From a bacterium (lineage in GTDB: Bacteria > UBA8248), in the NCBI GenBank assembly GCA_965207065.1, contig OZ242260.1:1600001-1664000 (forward strand): 64,000 bases of DNA, in the 5' to 3' direction. The position numbers and the translations under genes are program-made. A model generated the notes under the pieces. It saw only the letters and a list, made by a program, of their open reading frames with translations. It was not told the DNA's origin and did no database searches. Below are positions 28,728 through 38,784 of this stretch, in pieces; within the stretch, counting starts at the first letter, position 1; each line of letters starts with the position of its first letter.

Positions 28728-28984
28728 GTGCTCTCCTTGCGCGGTATGAATGATGAAGGCGGTAGAGCGGTTTTTTTAGCATAGTCGGGGCGGTGGGTGC
28801 TACGGGGTCGAACCATCTGTGGAGGGAGGGACGCATTTATGCGTCCGCTACGGAACCCCCCAACTCCCCTTGTCAGGGGTTGTTGAAAAAGCCTGATTTC
28901 GCGTTTCTGCGTATGCAACCGACCGGAGAGGGAGGAGACAACACTTTCCCCATGTAGAGTACTCAACAATCACTCCCCCATTGA

Positions 28985-29188
28985 GGGGGTTGTTGAAAAG
29001 TCCGGACTCTGCGGTTCGGTTCGACGTATGTGAATGTGTAGGGGGCGCATATATGCGCCCCGCACCAATTTCCCACCAAAAGGGCCGCATACTATGTAGC
29101 GCTCCCTAGGAGGGAGCGCTACATACAAAAACCGTCCCTACCCGGTCGAGTCGAATCCTCGTTCATAAGGACTTTTTCAACAGCCCCG
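28985..29188. mobile_element. Second MITE-like element with TGA on both flanks and internal REP hairpins
   Basis: GGGGGTTGTTGAAAAGTCC ... GGACTTTTTCAACAGCCCCG; same end family as 8778-8986. Confidence 0.6.
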
Positions 29189-29229
29189 TGAGGGTCGTGC
29201 TTCCTGAGGGGAAATCTCGACGGTGAGGT

Positions 29230-29372
29230 GAGGGTGCATACCCGAAACCGAATCGGTGGGGGGAGTATTTTCTGTGGCATGTCCCCCACCACATCGGCCT
29301 TCGCACAAATCGCTCGGCCTCTGTCGGGCTTTCCCCTCGGGAAGCCCGACCCCCTCAAGGGGGGAGTGGAAT
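29230..29372. repeat. Palindromic repeat family copy (cf. 23965-24127, 52544-52712)
   Basis: TCGGTGGGGGG..CCCCCACC, GCCTTCGCACAAA.CGCTCGGC, CCCCTCAAGGGGGGAGT shared. Confidence 0.75.
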
Positions 29373-29618
29373 CCGAAGTACGCATTACGGAAACCTGCAC
29401 AGCATGGTTCACAACCGCCGCGTCGCGTTTCTTCTTTATCCCCAAAGCAGGGCGGTCCGCGAACCGCCCCTGCGGGATGCCGAAAGGGGCTCCGGCGCGA
29501 GCGAACCGACGGGCGACCGCTCTTCCATCGGCCGGCCGCCGTGCCCGCCGCCGCTGCTTCGCCTTCATCGCGTCGCTCCCCGATCGCGTTCAGGCAGTCG
29601 GGGAGCGCCGCGCTATGA

Positions 29619-30101
29619 TCAGTTGGATCCTGTCGCTGTCGAAAGGCCGTTCGCCTTCGCCGTATCGGCGTCGGTATCGTCGCTGGCGCATCCCGCCTTC
29701 AATTGCATCCCCCACTCGGTCTTTCCCTGGCCGACGCCCTCCGTCTTCACGAAGCAAACGTCGAGAAGCTTAAGGTCGGCAGGGCTGATGTATACCGGAT
29801 TATCCCATGAGGCCAACAATGAGACGCTAATGTCGTACGACGTTTCGACGCCGTCGACCTTCACCGTGACGGAGCAGCTTCCAGAGTACCAGCACATGTT
29901 ACTGGCACTGATGAATTCAGCGACCGCGTTCGCTTTCAGCTCCGGGCAATGCGTCTTGGCGGTGGAGTCATCCATCGCATCGCGGCACTCCTGTACACGC
30001 GGGTTTACATCCTGAGCGGATGCCTGCGTCGCAGGAAGTGCGGCATACGCAACCACGGCAAGTGCGAAGATGATTGTCCTGGTAAAGAGTCTGGCTTGCA
30101 T
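29619..30101 (-). CDS. Secreted six-Cys hypothetical protein, paralog 1
   Basis: AGGAGA RBS, signal peptide ending ASA, paralog at 30445-30918. Confidence 0.8.
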   Translation of the reverse strand: MQARLFTRTIIFALAVVAYAALPATQASAQDVNPRVQECRDAMDDSTAKTHCPELKANAVAEFISASNMCWYSGSCSVTVKVDGVETSYDISVSLLASWDNPVYISPADLKLLDVCFVKTEGVGQGKTEWGMQLKAGCASDDTDADTAKANGLSTATGSN

Positions 30102-30444
30102 CGGGTGTCTCCTATCACTGGTTGTCTGTAACGGGTCCTCCCGCCATCGAAGATAAGTAGTGAATATTGTGTCGATGAGGGCCTGCTCGGGATGAAGAAG
30201 GTTTTTGTTTTTCTCACCCTGAGCAGCCGCCGAAGGTAGAACGTGACTGAAAAAGGAGCGTTCGTATCGAAGGGCGCTCATGGGTCCGCGAACCGCCCCT
30301 GCGGGATGCCGAAAGGGGCTCCGGCGCGAGCGAACCGACGGGCGACCGCTCTTCCATCGGCCGGCCGCCACGCCCGCCGCCGCTTCGCCTTCATCGCGGC
30401 GCTCCCCGATCGCGTTCAGGCAGCCGGGGAGCGCCGCGCTATGA

Positions 30445-30918
30445 TCAGTTGGATCCTGTCTCTGTCGAAAGGCCGTTCGCCTTCGCCGTATCGGCGTCGG
30501 TATCGTCGGCGGCGCATCCCGCCTTCAAAAACATCCCCCACGAGGTCTTTCCCTGGCCGACGCCCTCCGACTTCACGAAGCAAACGTCGAGAAGCCGAAG
30601 GTCGGCAGGGTCGATGTATACCGCATCTCCATATGAGACGCTCACTTCGAACGAATTATCGGCGCCGTCGACCTGCACCGTGACGGAGCAGCTTCCGTAG
30701 TACCAGCACGTGTGACTGGGGCCACTGGTGCTTTCAGCGACCGCGTGCGCTTTCAGCTCCGGGCAATGCGTCTTGGCGGTGGAGTCAGCCATCGCATCGC
30801 GGCACTCCTGTACAAGCGGGTGTACATACTGAGCGGACGCCTGCGTCGCAGGAAGCGCGGCATACGCAACCACGGCAAGTGCGAAGATGATTGTCCTGGT
30901 AAAGAGTCTGGCTTGCAT
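30445..30918 (-). CDS. Secreted six-Cys hypothetical protein, paralog 2
   Basis: AAGGAGA RBS, identical signal peptide, frame-preserving indels versus paralog 1. Confidence 0.8.
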   Translation of the reverse strand: MQARLFTRTIIFALAVVAYAALPATQASAQYVHPLVQECRDAMADSTAKTHCPELKAHAVAESTSGPSHTCWYYGSCSVTVQVDGADNSFEVSVSYGDAVYIDPADLRLLDVCFVKSEGVGQGKTSWGMFLKAGCAADDTDADTAKANGLSTETGSN

Positions 30919-31368
30919 TTGGGGTCTCCTTTCACTGGTTGCCGGCAACGGGTCCTCCCACCACCGAAGCAATGTAGTGGATATTGCATAGATAATATTA
31001 TGTATGAATTATCCAATGCAATATTTTTCGTACCCCGCAGTAACATTTTTTTGTCAGGGTGACTGTCCGCTGTGGACATGCCCGGCGCATCTCCCCGCAA
31101 CTGGCGTCATGGGGCTCGAAGGGAGTTCGCGTATGATGGGGAAGCCGCCGGGCGCGTTCGAAAATACGGAATTTCGGAGAATATCGATAAATATCGATAA
31201 ATTCACGGGGTTTTTCGATAAATTGACGATGTTTTTCCGGGAATGAAACCGGCGGGAAACGGGGGGCGGGCCGGGGGGTTCTTCCGCCGGCGCGATGATG
31301 TATATTAGGCGCATCCGCCGCCCGCGCGAAACCGGGAAATGCGAGAATACGAGAGGAGATGCGAGCAA

Positions 31369-32088
31369 ATGCCGGAAATTATCGACCTGTCCATGCCCGT
31401 CCACATGTGGATGGAGCGCTACCCGGGCACGCCGCAGCCCGTCATCCAGATGATAGAGACGACGTTCGAGTCCGCGGCGCGCATCGGCACCGACAAGATG
31501 GGCTTCCCCGAGCTGTTCGCCCACAGCGTGTGCATCTTCAGCGAGCATTGCGGCACCCACATCGACGCGCGAAGCCACGGCGGCATGAACGATTCGTGGT
31601 CCGAGGACATCCCGCTGGACAAATGCTACGGGCCGGGTCTCAGGCTCGACATGCGGGGAAAGAAACCGGGCGAGGCCATTCAAATCAATGACTTGAAAGA
31701 AGCGCTCGCGAAGGAGAAATACACGATCCGGGGCGGTGAGATCGTCTTCCTCTGGACGGGGGCGGCCGACTACAACGAGGAGCCGCGCTACCTGACGGAC
31801 CACCCCGGCATGGTGGGCGAGAGTGCGGAGTGGCTCATCGACCAGGGGGTGAGCGTGATGGGCATCGACGCGCCGGGCTTCGACCTGCCCATCAAGGAGA
31901 TGCTGGAGAGACGCGACCCCTGGCCGTGCCACCGCCTCTTCCAGACGCGCGAATACTGGCACATCGAGAACCTCTGCAACCTGGACGCCATTCCCGCCGC
32001 GCACGGGTTCACGGCGAGCGTGCTGCCGCTTCACTGGCGGGGCGCCACCGGGACGCACATCCGCGCCGTCGCCATCGTGAACGGGTAG
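31369..32088 (+). CDS. Cyclase family protein (kynurenine formamidase-like metal hydrolase)
   Basis: IIDLS, EHCGTHIDARSH, GIDAPGFD, HIENLCNL, RAVA. Confidence 0.9.
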   Translation: MPEIIDLSMPVHMWMERYPGTPQPVIQMIETTFESAARIGTDKMGFPELFAHSVCIFSEHCGTHIDARSHGGMNDSWSEDIPLDKCYGPGLRLDMRGKKPGEAIQINDLKEALAKEKYTIRGGEIVFLWTGAADYNEEPRYLTDHPGMVGESAEWLIDQGVSVMGIDAPGFDLPIKEMLERRDPWPCHRLFQTREYWHIENLCNLDAIPAAHGFTASVLPLHWRGATGTHIRAVAIVNG

Positions 32089-32094
32089 CCGAGC

Positions 32095-33138
32095 GTGTCC
32101 TCCACGGGCCGCAGGGATGCTGGAAAACGGGTGGCTCGCCTCGCCGTTTTCTCGCTCGCGCTGCTCGTGGGAGCGCTCCTGGCGGGAGGAATCGCCGGCG
32201 CCGCGAAGCCGCCCAACTCACTGAAATCGAAGGGGAAGGAATACCGCGAGGCGAGAGTCAAGCTGTATGAACGCACGCTCAAGAAGCATCTGGCAGCCGA
32301 CCCCTATCCACTGATCGATCTGGAAATCTCGCTTGAGAAGTGGAAGAGCGCGGCAGGGCTCATCGAGGGCATGGACCGGGCGGGCGTCGCGCTGGGCGCA
32401 GTCACCTCGGCGAGCGAGGAGGCGGTCAAAAAGGCGGTAGAGCGCTACCCTGACCGACTGATACCGTTAACCACCTCGGCGGCTCAAAAAGACTGGACGC
32501 AGGCCGACGGCGGTTATCTGGCCGGCATCAAGCGGCAGCTCGCGGTCGGCGCGTTCGGGGTCGGGAAGGTCACCTGGCGGCCGGGAGCCACCGGTAAGGG
32601 GCAGATGAAGCAAGCCGGAGAAGCTTTGGGGGCGGTTATCCGTCTGGCAGTCGAAAGACGAAGCTTTCTCCTGCTCGACATGCCGCCCGATGACGGCGGT
32701 CTGGAGCTGCTCGAGAGGCTATTGAGAGAGACGCCCGAGGCGAATCTCGTCTGGGTGAAAGCCGGTAGGATATTGAATCTGAACGCCTTACCGGGGTACG
32801 GGCATGGGCTTCTTCGGGCGCTGAGCCTGAGGCACGCGGGTCTTTTCTTCACATTGACGCAGGACCCGCCCGCCCCCGCCGATTCACCCCCTCCGAGAAC
32901 AAACCACCTGTATGACCCGGGCGGGGCGTTCTCGCGCGAATGGCGGGCGTTGCTCGAAGCGCGCGTGGGGCATTTCACCGCCGGGAACGATGCCTCCCCC
33001 GCCACTCCAGCGGCCTATGCGGGGAGGACACGCTTTTTTCGCCGAAACGTCCTCGCGAATATCAGCCCCGCCGCCGGAAAGCTCATCGCCTACCGGAACG
33101 CATGGCGGCTCCTCACGAACCGGCGCTGGAAGCCTTGA
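32095..33138 (+). CDS. Exported amidohydrolase-like protein, apparently lacking metal ligands
   Basis: Signal peptide; MDRAGV, AVERYPDRLIP, LERLLRETPEANLVWVKAG, IAYRNAWRLL follow the Amidohydro_2 layout. Confidence 0.6.
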   Translation: MSSTGRRDAGKRVARLAVFSLALLVGALLAGGIAGAAKPPNSLKSKGKEYREARVKLYERTLKKHLAADPYPLIDLEISLEKWKSAAGLIEGMDRAGVALGAVTSASEEAVKKAVERYPDRLIPLTTSAAQKDWTQADGGYLAGIKRQLAVGAFGVGKVTWRPGATGKGQMKQAGEALGAVIRLAVERRSFLLLDMPPDDGGLELLERLLRETPEANLVWVKAGRILNLNALPGYGHGLLRALSLRHAGLFFTLTQDPPAPADSPPPRTNHLYDPGGAFSREWRALLEARVGHFTAGNDASPATPAAYAGRTRFFRRNVLANISPAAGKLIAYRNAWRLLTNRRWKP

Positions 33139-33264
33139 TTCACGAAATTCCCCCGTATCCGTTGCATCCGGCCAGGCGCACGGGGATAATGCCGACCTTC
33201 GGGATTGAAACCATCCCGAACATGATTTCCCGATAATACAGCTTACGATCAAGGAGTTCGCCTC

Positions 33265-34413
33265 ATGTACAGCATACGCCACCCGCAACGGACCTGGTTC
33301 GGCCTCGGAACCATAGCGAAAATCAAGGATGAAGCGGAGTTTCTGGGCGCCCGCAACGCGCTTTTCTTCACGGACAAGGGCGTCAGGGGCGCAGGTGTGG
33401 CCGACATGGCGCTGGCCCCTCTCGATGAGGCCGGCGTCACGGTAACGATATACGATGAGTGCCCGCCCGAGCCCGCCATCGGCGACCTGGAACAAGCGTT
33501 TGATGAATTCAAAAACGGCTCATTCGACCTCGTCGTCGGGGTCGGTGGCGGCAGTTCGATGGACATGGCGAAATCCATCGGTGTGCTGCTGGGTAACGAA
33601 GGCGCGCCAAGGGATTACCTGGGGGTAGAACTCGTTCCGAAACCGGGCCTTTCCACGATTTTGGCGCCCACCACGAGCGGAACCGGCGCCGAGGCCACGC
33701 CCAACGCCATCTTCTCGGTGCCGGAAGAACAGGTGAAACTGGCCATCGTGAGCACGCACGTCATACCTTTCGCCGCCATCGTCGACCCCAAGCTCACGAT
33801 TTCCGCACCGCCGAAGGTCACATCCGCCGCCGGTGTGGACGCCTTCACGCATTGCCTGGAAACCTACGTGGCCAGAAACGCCACCCCCTTGAGCGAGATG
33901 TACAGCCTGGAGGGCATGAAACTCATCGCCCGCTCATTGAGGCGCGTATGTGACGACGGAAGCGACATCGAGGCCAGGACCGACATGGCCTTGGGTTCAT
34001 ACTATGGCGGGGTCGCGCTCGCAGGGGCAGGCGCGGGGGCCATCCATGCCCTGGCGTATCCACTCGGCTCGCGGTTCCATATTCCCCACGGGGTAAGCAA
34101 CTCGCTGATGTTCTCCCACGTCATGAAGGAAAACCACGCGGCGGTGCCTGAGAAATTCGCCCGCATCGCCCGAATACTGGGCGAATCCACGGATGGCATA
34201 GCCGAAGCCGAAGCGGCGGAACTTTCCGTTGGCGCGGTCGAGAAGCTTTGTCGTGACTGCGGGGTGCCTACCCGACTCGGCGAAGTGGATGTGCCCGCAC
34301 ACGCCATCCCGGAGTTGGCCGAAGCCGCCTTCAAGCTTGAACGTCTGTTAAGTTGTAATCCCAAAGAACTTTCGCTCGAGGACATCGAGAGAATCTATCG
34401 CGCTGCGGCTTGA
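33265..34413 (+). CDS. Iron-containing alcohol dehydrogenase
   Basis: GGGSSMDMAK, PTTSGTGAE, DAFTHCLE, HALAYPLG, PHGVSN. Confidence 0.93.
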   Translation: MYSIRHPQRTWFGLGTIAKIKDEAEFLGARNALFFTDKGVRGAGVADMALAPLDEAGVTVTIYDECPPEPAIGDLEQAFDEFKNGSFDLVVGVGGGSSMDMAKSIGVLLGNEGAPRDYLGVELVPKPGLSTILAPTTSGTGAEATPNAIFSVPEEQVKLAIVSTHVIPFAAIVDPKLTISAPPKVTSAAGVDAFTHCLETYVARNATPLSEMYSLEGMKLIARSLRRVCDDGSDIEARTDMALGSYYGGVALAGAGAGAIHALAYPLGSRFHIPHGVSNSLMFSHVMKENHAAVPEKFARIARILGESTDGIAEAEAAELSVGAVEKLCRDCGVPTRLGEVDVPAHAIPELAEAAFKLERLLSCNPKELSLEDIERIYRAAA

Positions 34414-34415
34414 AT

Positions 34416-35201
34416 ATGTCCATGGAATCATCTTCTTCGCAAGAGTTGCGCCCGCTGATGGACATCACCCCCGGCGATATGGTCTGCGTCATGGGTGCCG
34501 GCGGCAAGGCCACGCTCATGAAGCGGCTCATCCGCGAGATGCTCGACGAGCCGTTCCCCGTCATCATCACCAGTACGACGAATCTTCACGCCCTGGGTGG
34601 CGAAGACGCCCCACCCGTTTTACTGAGCGAGAAGGGTCGCACCGAGTTGCAATCCGCCGCCCATGAGTGGTCCAGGCGCGGCGCAGTTGTCTGGGTGGAG
34701 AAAAAACTGCCTCAGAATATGTTTCGCGGCCTCGAGGCAAGTCAAGTGGAGGCGCTGCACGCTTCAGGTTTTAACGGCGTGATGGTCGTAAAAACCGATG
34801 GCGCCAGAAAACGGCTCATCAAGGCCCCGGGACCGGGTGAACCGGTCATTCCCGAAGGAGCGTCTCATTGCGTACTCGTGTTGGGGCTTACCGCAATCGG
34901 CCAGAAAGCTGATAAGAAAATCGTCCATCGCATGGAAACAGTCCGCGCCATCGCAGGCTTAGACGCCGGGGAAGTAATCGGAGCAGATCATCTGGCGAGA
35001 TTGGCGAGTCATCCGGAGAGCTACCCGAGTCGGTTTCCCAAAAGCACAAAGCGAATACTCTACCTGAGCCATTGCACTTCCCCAAAAGCCCTTGAGGACG
35101 CCCAAGCGATTTTCGAGGCCGTACCCGATGGCATTTACGATTACCTGCTCACGGGAGATTCTGTAGCGGGGAAATTTTATAGCAGGAGAGTACATAAATG
35201 A
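34416..35201 (+). CDS. yqeC: Selenium cofactor biosynthesis protein YqeC-like
   Basis: VMGAGGKATL, ITSTT, VKTDGARKRLIKAPGPGEPVIP, LGLTAIG..IVHR; some canonical residues diverged. Confidence 0.75.
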   Translation: MSMESSSSQELRPLMDITPGDMVCVMGAGGKATLMKRLIREMLDEPFPVIITSTTNLHALGGEDAPPVLLSEKGRTELQSAAHEWSRRGAVVWVEKKLPQNMFRGLEASQVEALHASGFNGVMVVKTDGARKRLIKAPGPGEPVIPEGASHCVLVLGLTAIGQKADKKIVHRMETVRAIAGLDAGEVIGADHLARLASHPESYPSRFPKSTKRILYLSHCTSPKALEDAQAIFEAVPDGIYDYLLTGDSVAGKFYSRRVHK

Positions 35202-36355
35202 TCGGCGCGGCCGCAATCAGAAAAGCGCTTGAAGCCAGACAAGAGGAAATCATCGAACAAATCGCCCATGTGGTGAACATCGACTCCCCGACGTTTCCCA
35301 GCAAGGGTACGAACGCCGTCTCCTCCCATTTCGCTGGAAAATATCGCGCCATGGGAGCTGACGTAGAGATGATCCCGGGAACGCATGAAACGGGAGATCA
35401 TCTTCTGGTGACGTTTCTCGGCAAAAGAGAAATCGGCCCCCACATATTCCTGATCGGGCATTGCGACACCGTTTTCCCCGAGGGAACCGCCGCGCAAAGA
35501 CCGTTCACCATAGAAGACGGGATTGCCTGCGGCCCCGGGGTGGCCGACATGAAAGGATGTCTGGTGGTTTGTCAATTCGCAATGGAGGCCTTACTGGCTG
35601 AAGGATTCGAGGAGTTCGGGAAAATCAGCATCTTATATGATACCGATGAAGAACGCGGGAATCCCTCATCGAGGGAACTGATCGAACGAATCGGGAAAGA
35701 TGCTGCGGCCGCCTTGATCATCGAGTCCGGCCGCGCAAACGGCTCCATCGTATCTTCGAGAAAAGGGAGTTGCTACGGGAAATTGCTCGTCAGCGGCGTC
35801 TCGGCCCATGCAGGGGTAGACCCTGAAAGAGGCAGAAGCGCCGTACACGAACTCGCACACAAAATGGTGACTATCCAAAACCTGGAACAAAAAGGCGGAA
35901 CCATCAATTTCACCGGTCTTTCGGGTGGGGACAGGCCGCACATCGTGGCGGACAAAGCTTCTTGTCACATTGAAGTGCGTGCAGACCGGCAGACAACCCT
36001 TGATTCCATGACGGATGAGCTGCTTCGAATTGTTTCCAAATCACATATTGAAGGCACACATTCAGAATTTAATAAAATCAGCGGTAGGCCCGCCATGGAA
36101 TTCAACCATGGGACGGAAAAACTCTTGTCTATCGCGGCAGTAATCGCCCGGGATGCGGGCGTCGAACTTAAGCACGGCCCCACCGGTGGGGGTTCCGACG
36201 GGAATTATCTCTCACCGCTTGGAGTTGCCGTTCTGGATGGTCTGGGACCTGTGGGGGGAAATCTGCACACGGATGAGGAATACATGGAACTCGACTCCAT
36301 CGCTCCGAGAGGCGCGCTGCTTGGCGGGTTGATAGAAAGTCTGTCTGTAAAATGA
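35198..36355 (+). CDS. M20 family metallopeptidase (glutamate carboxypeptidase-like)
   Basis: GHCDTVF, GPGVADMKG, DEERG, AHAG, GGGSDGN, DGLGPVGGNLHT. Confidence 0.92.
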   Translation: MIGAAAIRKALEARQEEIIEQIAHVVNIDSPTFPSKGTNAVSSHFAGKYRAMGADVEMIPGTHETGDHLLVTFLGKREIGPHIFLIGHCDTVFPEGTAAQRPFTIEDGIACGPGVADMKGCLVVCQFAMEALLAEGFEEFGKISILYDTDEERGNPSSRELIERIGKDAAAALIIESGRANGSIVSSRKGSCYGKLLVSGVSAHAGVDPERGRSAVHELAHKMVTIQNLEQKGGTINFTGLSGGDRPHIVADKASCHIEVRADRQTTLDSMTDELLRIVSKSHIEGTHSEFNKISGRPAMEFNHGTEKLLSIAAVIARDAGVELKHGPTGGGSDGNYLSPLGVAVLDGLGPVGGNLHTDEEYMELDSIAPRGALLGGLIESLSVK

Positions 36356-36373
36356 GGAGCTCATCAAGAGTTT

Positions 36374-37615
36374 TCAATATTCCAAAGGCATTCCAATCTC
36401 CGATCTGGGCTTAGGTTCTGCGACCACTTTGTCTCTCACCAACTCTTCTATTCTTTCATCACTCCACCCTAGATTTTCGGACAATACTTTGCGTGTATGT
36501 TCCCCGTGCAAGGGGGCCGGCCCTTGCACCTTGCCCGGATGCTCGGAAAATTTTGGGGGAACACCGGTAGTGTTCATTTTACCCAGAAGCGAATGGTTCG
36601 TTTCCACCACCATCTCTCTGTGGCGAACCTGCTCATCCTCGAGGGCTTCGCCGACATCATAAACCGGGCCGCAGGGAATCCCTTTTTCCTCCAGTAATTT
36701 CAGCCATTCATTCCCGTTTCGTCTGCAGAGATACTGCTCCAAAATGGGGATGAGTTCATGGCGATTTTTCGCGCGGCTTGGGATGTCGACGAACCTCGGG
36801 TCATTCGCCAACTCGGGAGCCTCGATGATGTCGCAAAAATAACCCCAGAACCGATCGCTCGTCACACCGATGATGATTTCCTTATCCTTGGTCTTAAGCG
36901 CCTGATAGGGAACGATTTGAAAATGGGCCGAACCCCACCGCTCGCTCATGCTGCCATCCATGAAATAGCAGCCGCTCAGGTTGGTGAGCAGCGACACGCT
37001 GCTGTCGAGAAGAGACAGATCGATGTATTGCCCCTTGCCCGTCTTCTCCCTGGCAAACAATGCGCTACTAACGCTATAAGCCGCCCACATGCCCGCCGTG
37101 AGGTCACTGAGCGGAACCCCGGCCTTGCAAGGTCCGCCGTCCGGTTCGCCCGTTGCACTCATGATGCCGCTCATCGCCTGGCCGACGATGTCAAAACCCG
37201 AGCGCTCCCGATACGGGCCCGTCTGTCCGAAGCCGGAGACGGAAACGTATATCAGTCGAGGGTTCAAGGCGGACAGCGCCTCATAACCGACGCCCAGGCG
37301 CGCCACGACGCCAGGACGAAAATTCTCGACAACAACATCCACCTTTTCAGCGATGGCGCGAGCGATTTCGAGGCCTTCGCTTTTTTTGAGGTCGACCACG
37401 ATACTCTTCTTGCCGTGGTTCACACCCAAAAAATAGGCGCTTTCTCCTTTCTTGAACGGAGGACCCCAAGTGCGGGTTTCATCGCCGTTTCCGGGAGATT
37501 CGAGCTTGATGATTTCCGCTCCCAGATCCGAGAGCATCGTGGTGCAAAAAGGTCCGGCGAGAATTCGGGACATATCCAACACGCGAATTCCCTTCAATGG
37601 TCCCTGTGCGTTCAT
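36374..37615 (-). CDS. CaiB/BaiF class III CoA-transferase
   Basis: GPLKGIRVLDMSRILAGPF, DLGAEIIKLE, ENFRPG, GFGQTGPY, APLHGEHT. Confidence 0.93.
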   Translation of the reverse strand: MNAQGPLKGIRVLDMSRILAGPFCTTMLSDLGAEIIKLESPGNGDETRTWGPPFKKGESAYFLGVNHGKKSIVVDLKKSEGLEIARAIAEKVDVVVENFRPGVVARLGVGYEALSALNPRLIYVSVSGFGQTGPYRERSGFDIVGQAMSGIMSATGEPDGGPCKAGVPLSDLTAGMWAAYSVSSALFAREKTGKGQYIDLSLLDSSVSLLTNLSGCYFMDGSMSERWGSAHFQIVPYQALKTKDKEIIIGVTSDRFWGYFCDIIEAPELANDPRFVDIPSRAKNRHELIPILEQYLCRRNGNEWLKLLEEKGIPCGPVYDVGEALEDEQVRHREMVVETNHSLLGKMNTTGVPPKFSEHPGKVQGPAPLHGEHTRKVLSENLGWSDERIEELVRDKVVAEPKPRSEIGMPLEY

Positions 37616-37755
37616 AATCCCCATCCTGTGTTGCGAGCAAGAAGTTTTTTTCGAGATTATAGAATGTGCAAAGACGCGGGGCAGTCTGTCAAGGAATCTC
37701 CGTTAAATTCAAGGCGTTTCTCCCTACGTCGAGGGCATGGGCAGGATGAACGCTT

Positions 37756-38784
37756 TCAAGCCGAAAAATGCTCCCAAGCGAGGTTATCCAACGCGAAAAT
37801 CCCGTCTGCGCGTTTGAGAGAAATTCCTTGAGTGACCGGCAGGATTTCTCCGATGGGCGTAAGCGGCGCCCCGCACGCCCGCCGGAGGACTTCTTGAAGC
37901 GCGCGAACGGATTCAGCGGGTGTCGTAACGAGAAGTTCATAGTCCTCTCCACCGTGCAACGCCCACTCCATGGGCTTTTTCTCGGCTACCGAGGCTGTTT
38001 CGAGCAGGGCGCCGGAGACGGGCAGTTCGGATTCCCAGAGGAGCGCGCCTGTTCCGCTCGCCTCACACAGGTGACGGATATCGCCCGCCAGACCATCGCT
38101 GATGTCCATCATTGCGGTCGCAAACCCCGACTCCGCGATAACTACCCCTTCCGCAACCCGGGGCTGCGGTTCGAGTTGCACGCGGGTGAGCGAGGCATGC
38201 ACGTCTTCGCGGAGTTGGATGTGCGGTGTGGAGGACAAGTGAAGCCCTGCTGCGGCATCTCCCAAATATCCCGTCACCAGAATCTGGTCCCCTGCGCGGG
38301 CGCCGTTTCTGCGAAGAATCTTCTCCTCCATCACCTCGCCGACGAGGAACACGTCCACGAACAAAGGCCCACTCGTCCGCGTGACGTTTCCACCCAGAAC
38401 CAAAATGTCGTATCGCTCAGAGAGCGCGCGAACCCCGCCATACAAGTCATCGAGAAACGAAATTGCTGTCTCTTCGGGTATGCCCAACGAGATGAGTGCG
38501 AAGCGCGGCTTTCCCCCCATGGCCGCCACATCGCTCACATTCACAGCCAGCGACTTGTAACCCACGGCGAATCCCGAAACATTCCCCGTGGACGGGAAAT
38601 GCACGCCGCTCACCTGCGCATCGCACGTCACAACCCAGCATTTTCCATCCGCCGCTTTGATGACGGCCGCATCATCTCCATTGCCTACGATGACGTCTGT
38701 GTCGTTCCCCACCGATCCGAGTACGTCTCTTAGACGCTCTATCAGGGCGAATTCGCCGATCTCACCAGCCGACTTGCCACTCAT
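37756..38784 (-). CDS. thiL: Thiamine-phosphate kinase
   Basis: GEFALIERL, GDDAAV, AVNVSDVAAMGG, MDISDGLAGD, GGEDYELL. Confidence 0.95.
   Translation of the reverse strand: MSGKSAGEIGEFALIERLRDVLGSVGNDTDVIVGNGDDAAVIKAADGKCWVVTCDAQVSGVHFPSTGNVSGFAVGYKSLAVNVSDVAAMGGKPRFALISLGIPEETAISFLDDLYGGVRALSERYDILVLGGNVTRTSGPLFVDVFLVGEVMEEKILRRNGARAGDQILVTGYLGDAAAGLHLSSTPHIQLREDVHASLTRVQLEPQPRVAEGVVIAESGFATAMMDISDGLAGDIRHLCEASGTGALLWESELPVSGALLETASVAEKKPMEWALHGGEDYELLVTTPAESVRALQEVLRRACGAPLTPIGEILPVTQGISLKRADGIFALDNLAWEHFSA

Larger units (their letters stand above)
29454..30986. repeat. Tandem duplication of a ~710-bp gene unit (29454-30169 and 30283-30986)
   Basis: Upstream leader, coding ends and ~165 bp of downstream hairpin-rich DNA nearly identical. 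Confidence 0.92.

Noticed and set aside
29119-29773. ORFs across REP clusters (also 23667-24318 and 52159-52937)
   Set aside because: Translations of palindromic non-coding repeats
29454-30986. Possible DGR template/variable repeat pair
   Set aside because: Both copies are full genes with RBS, differences include indels and are not confined to adenines, and no reverse transcriptase is present
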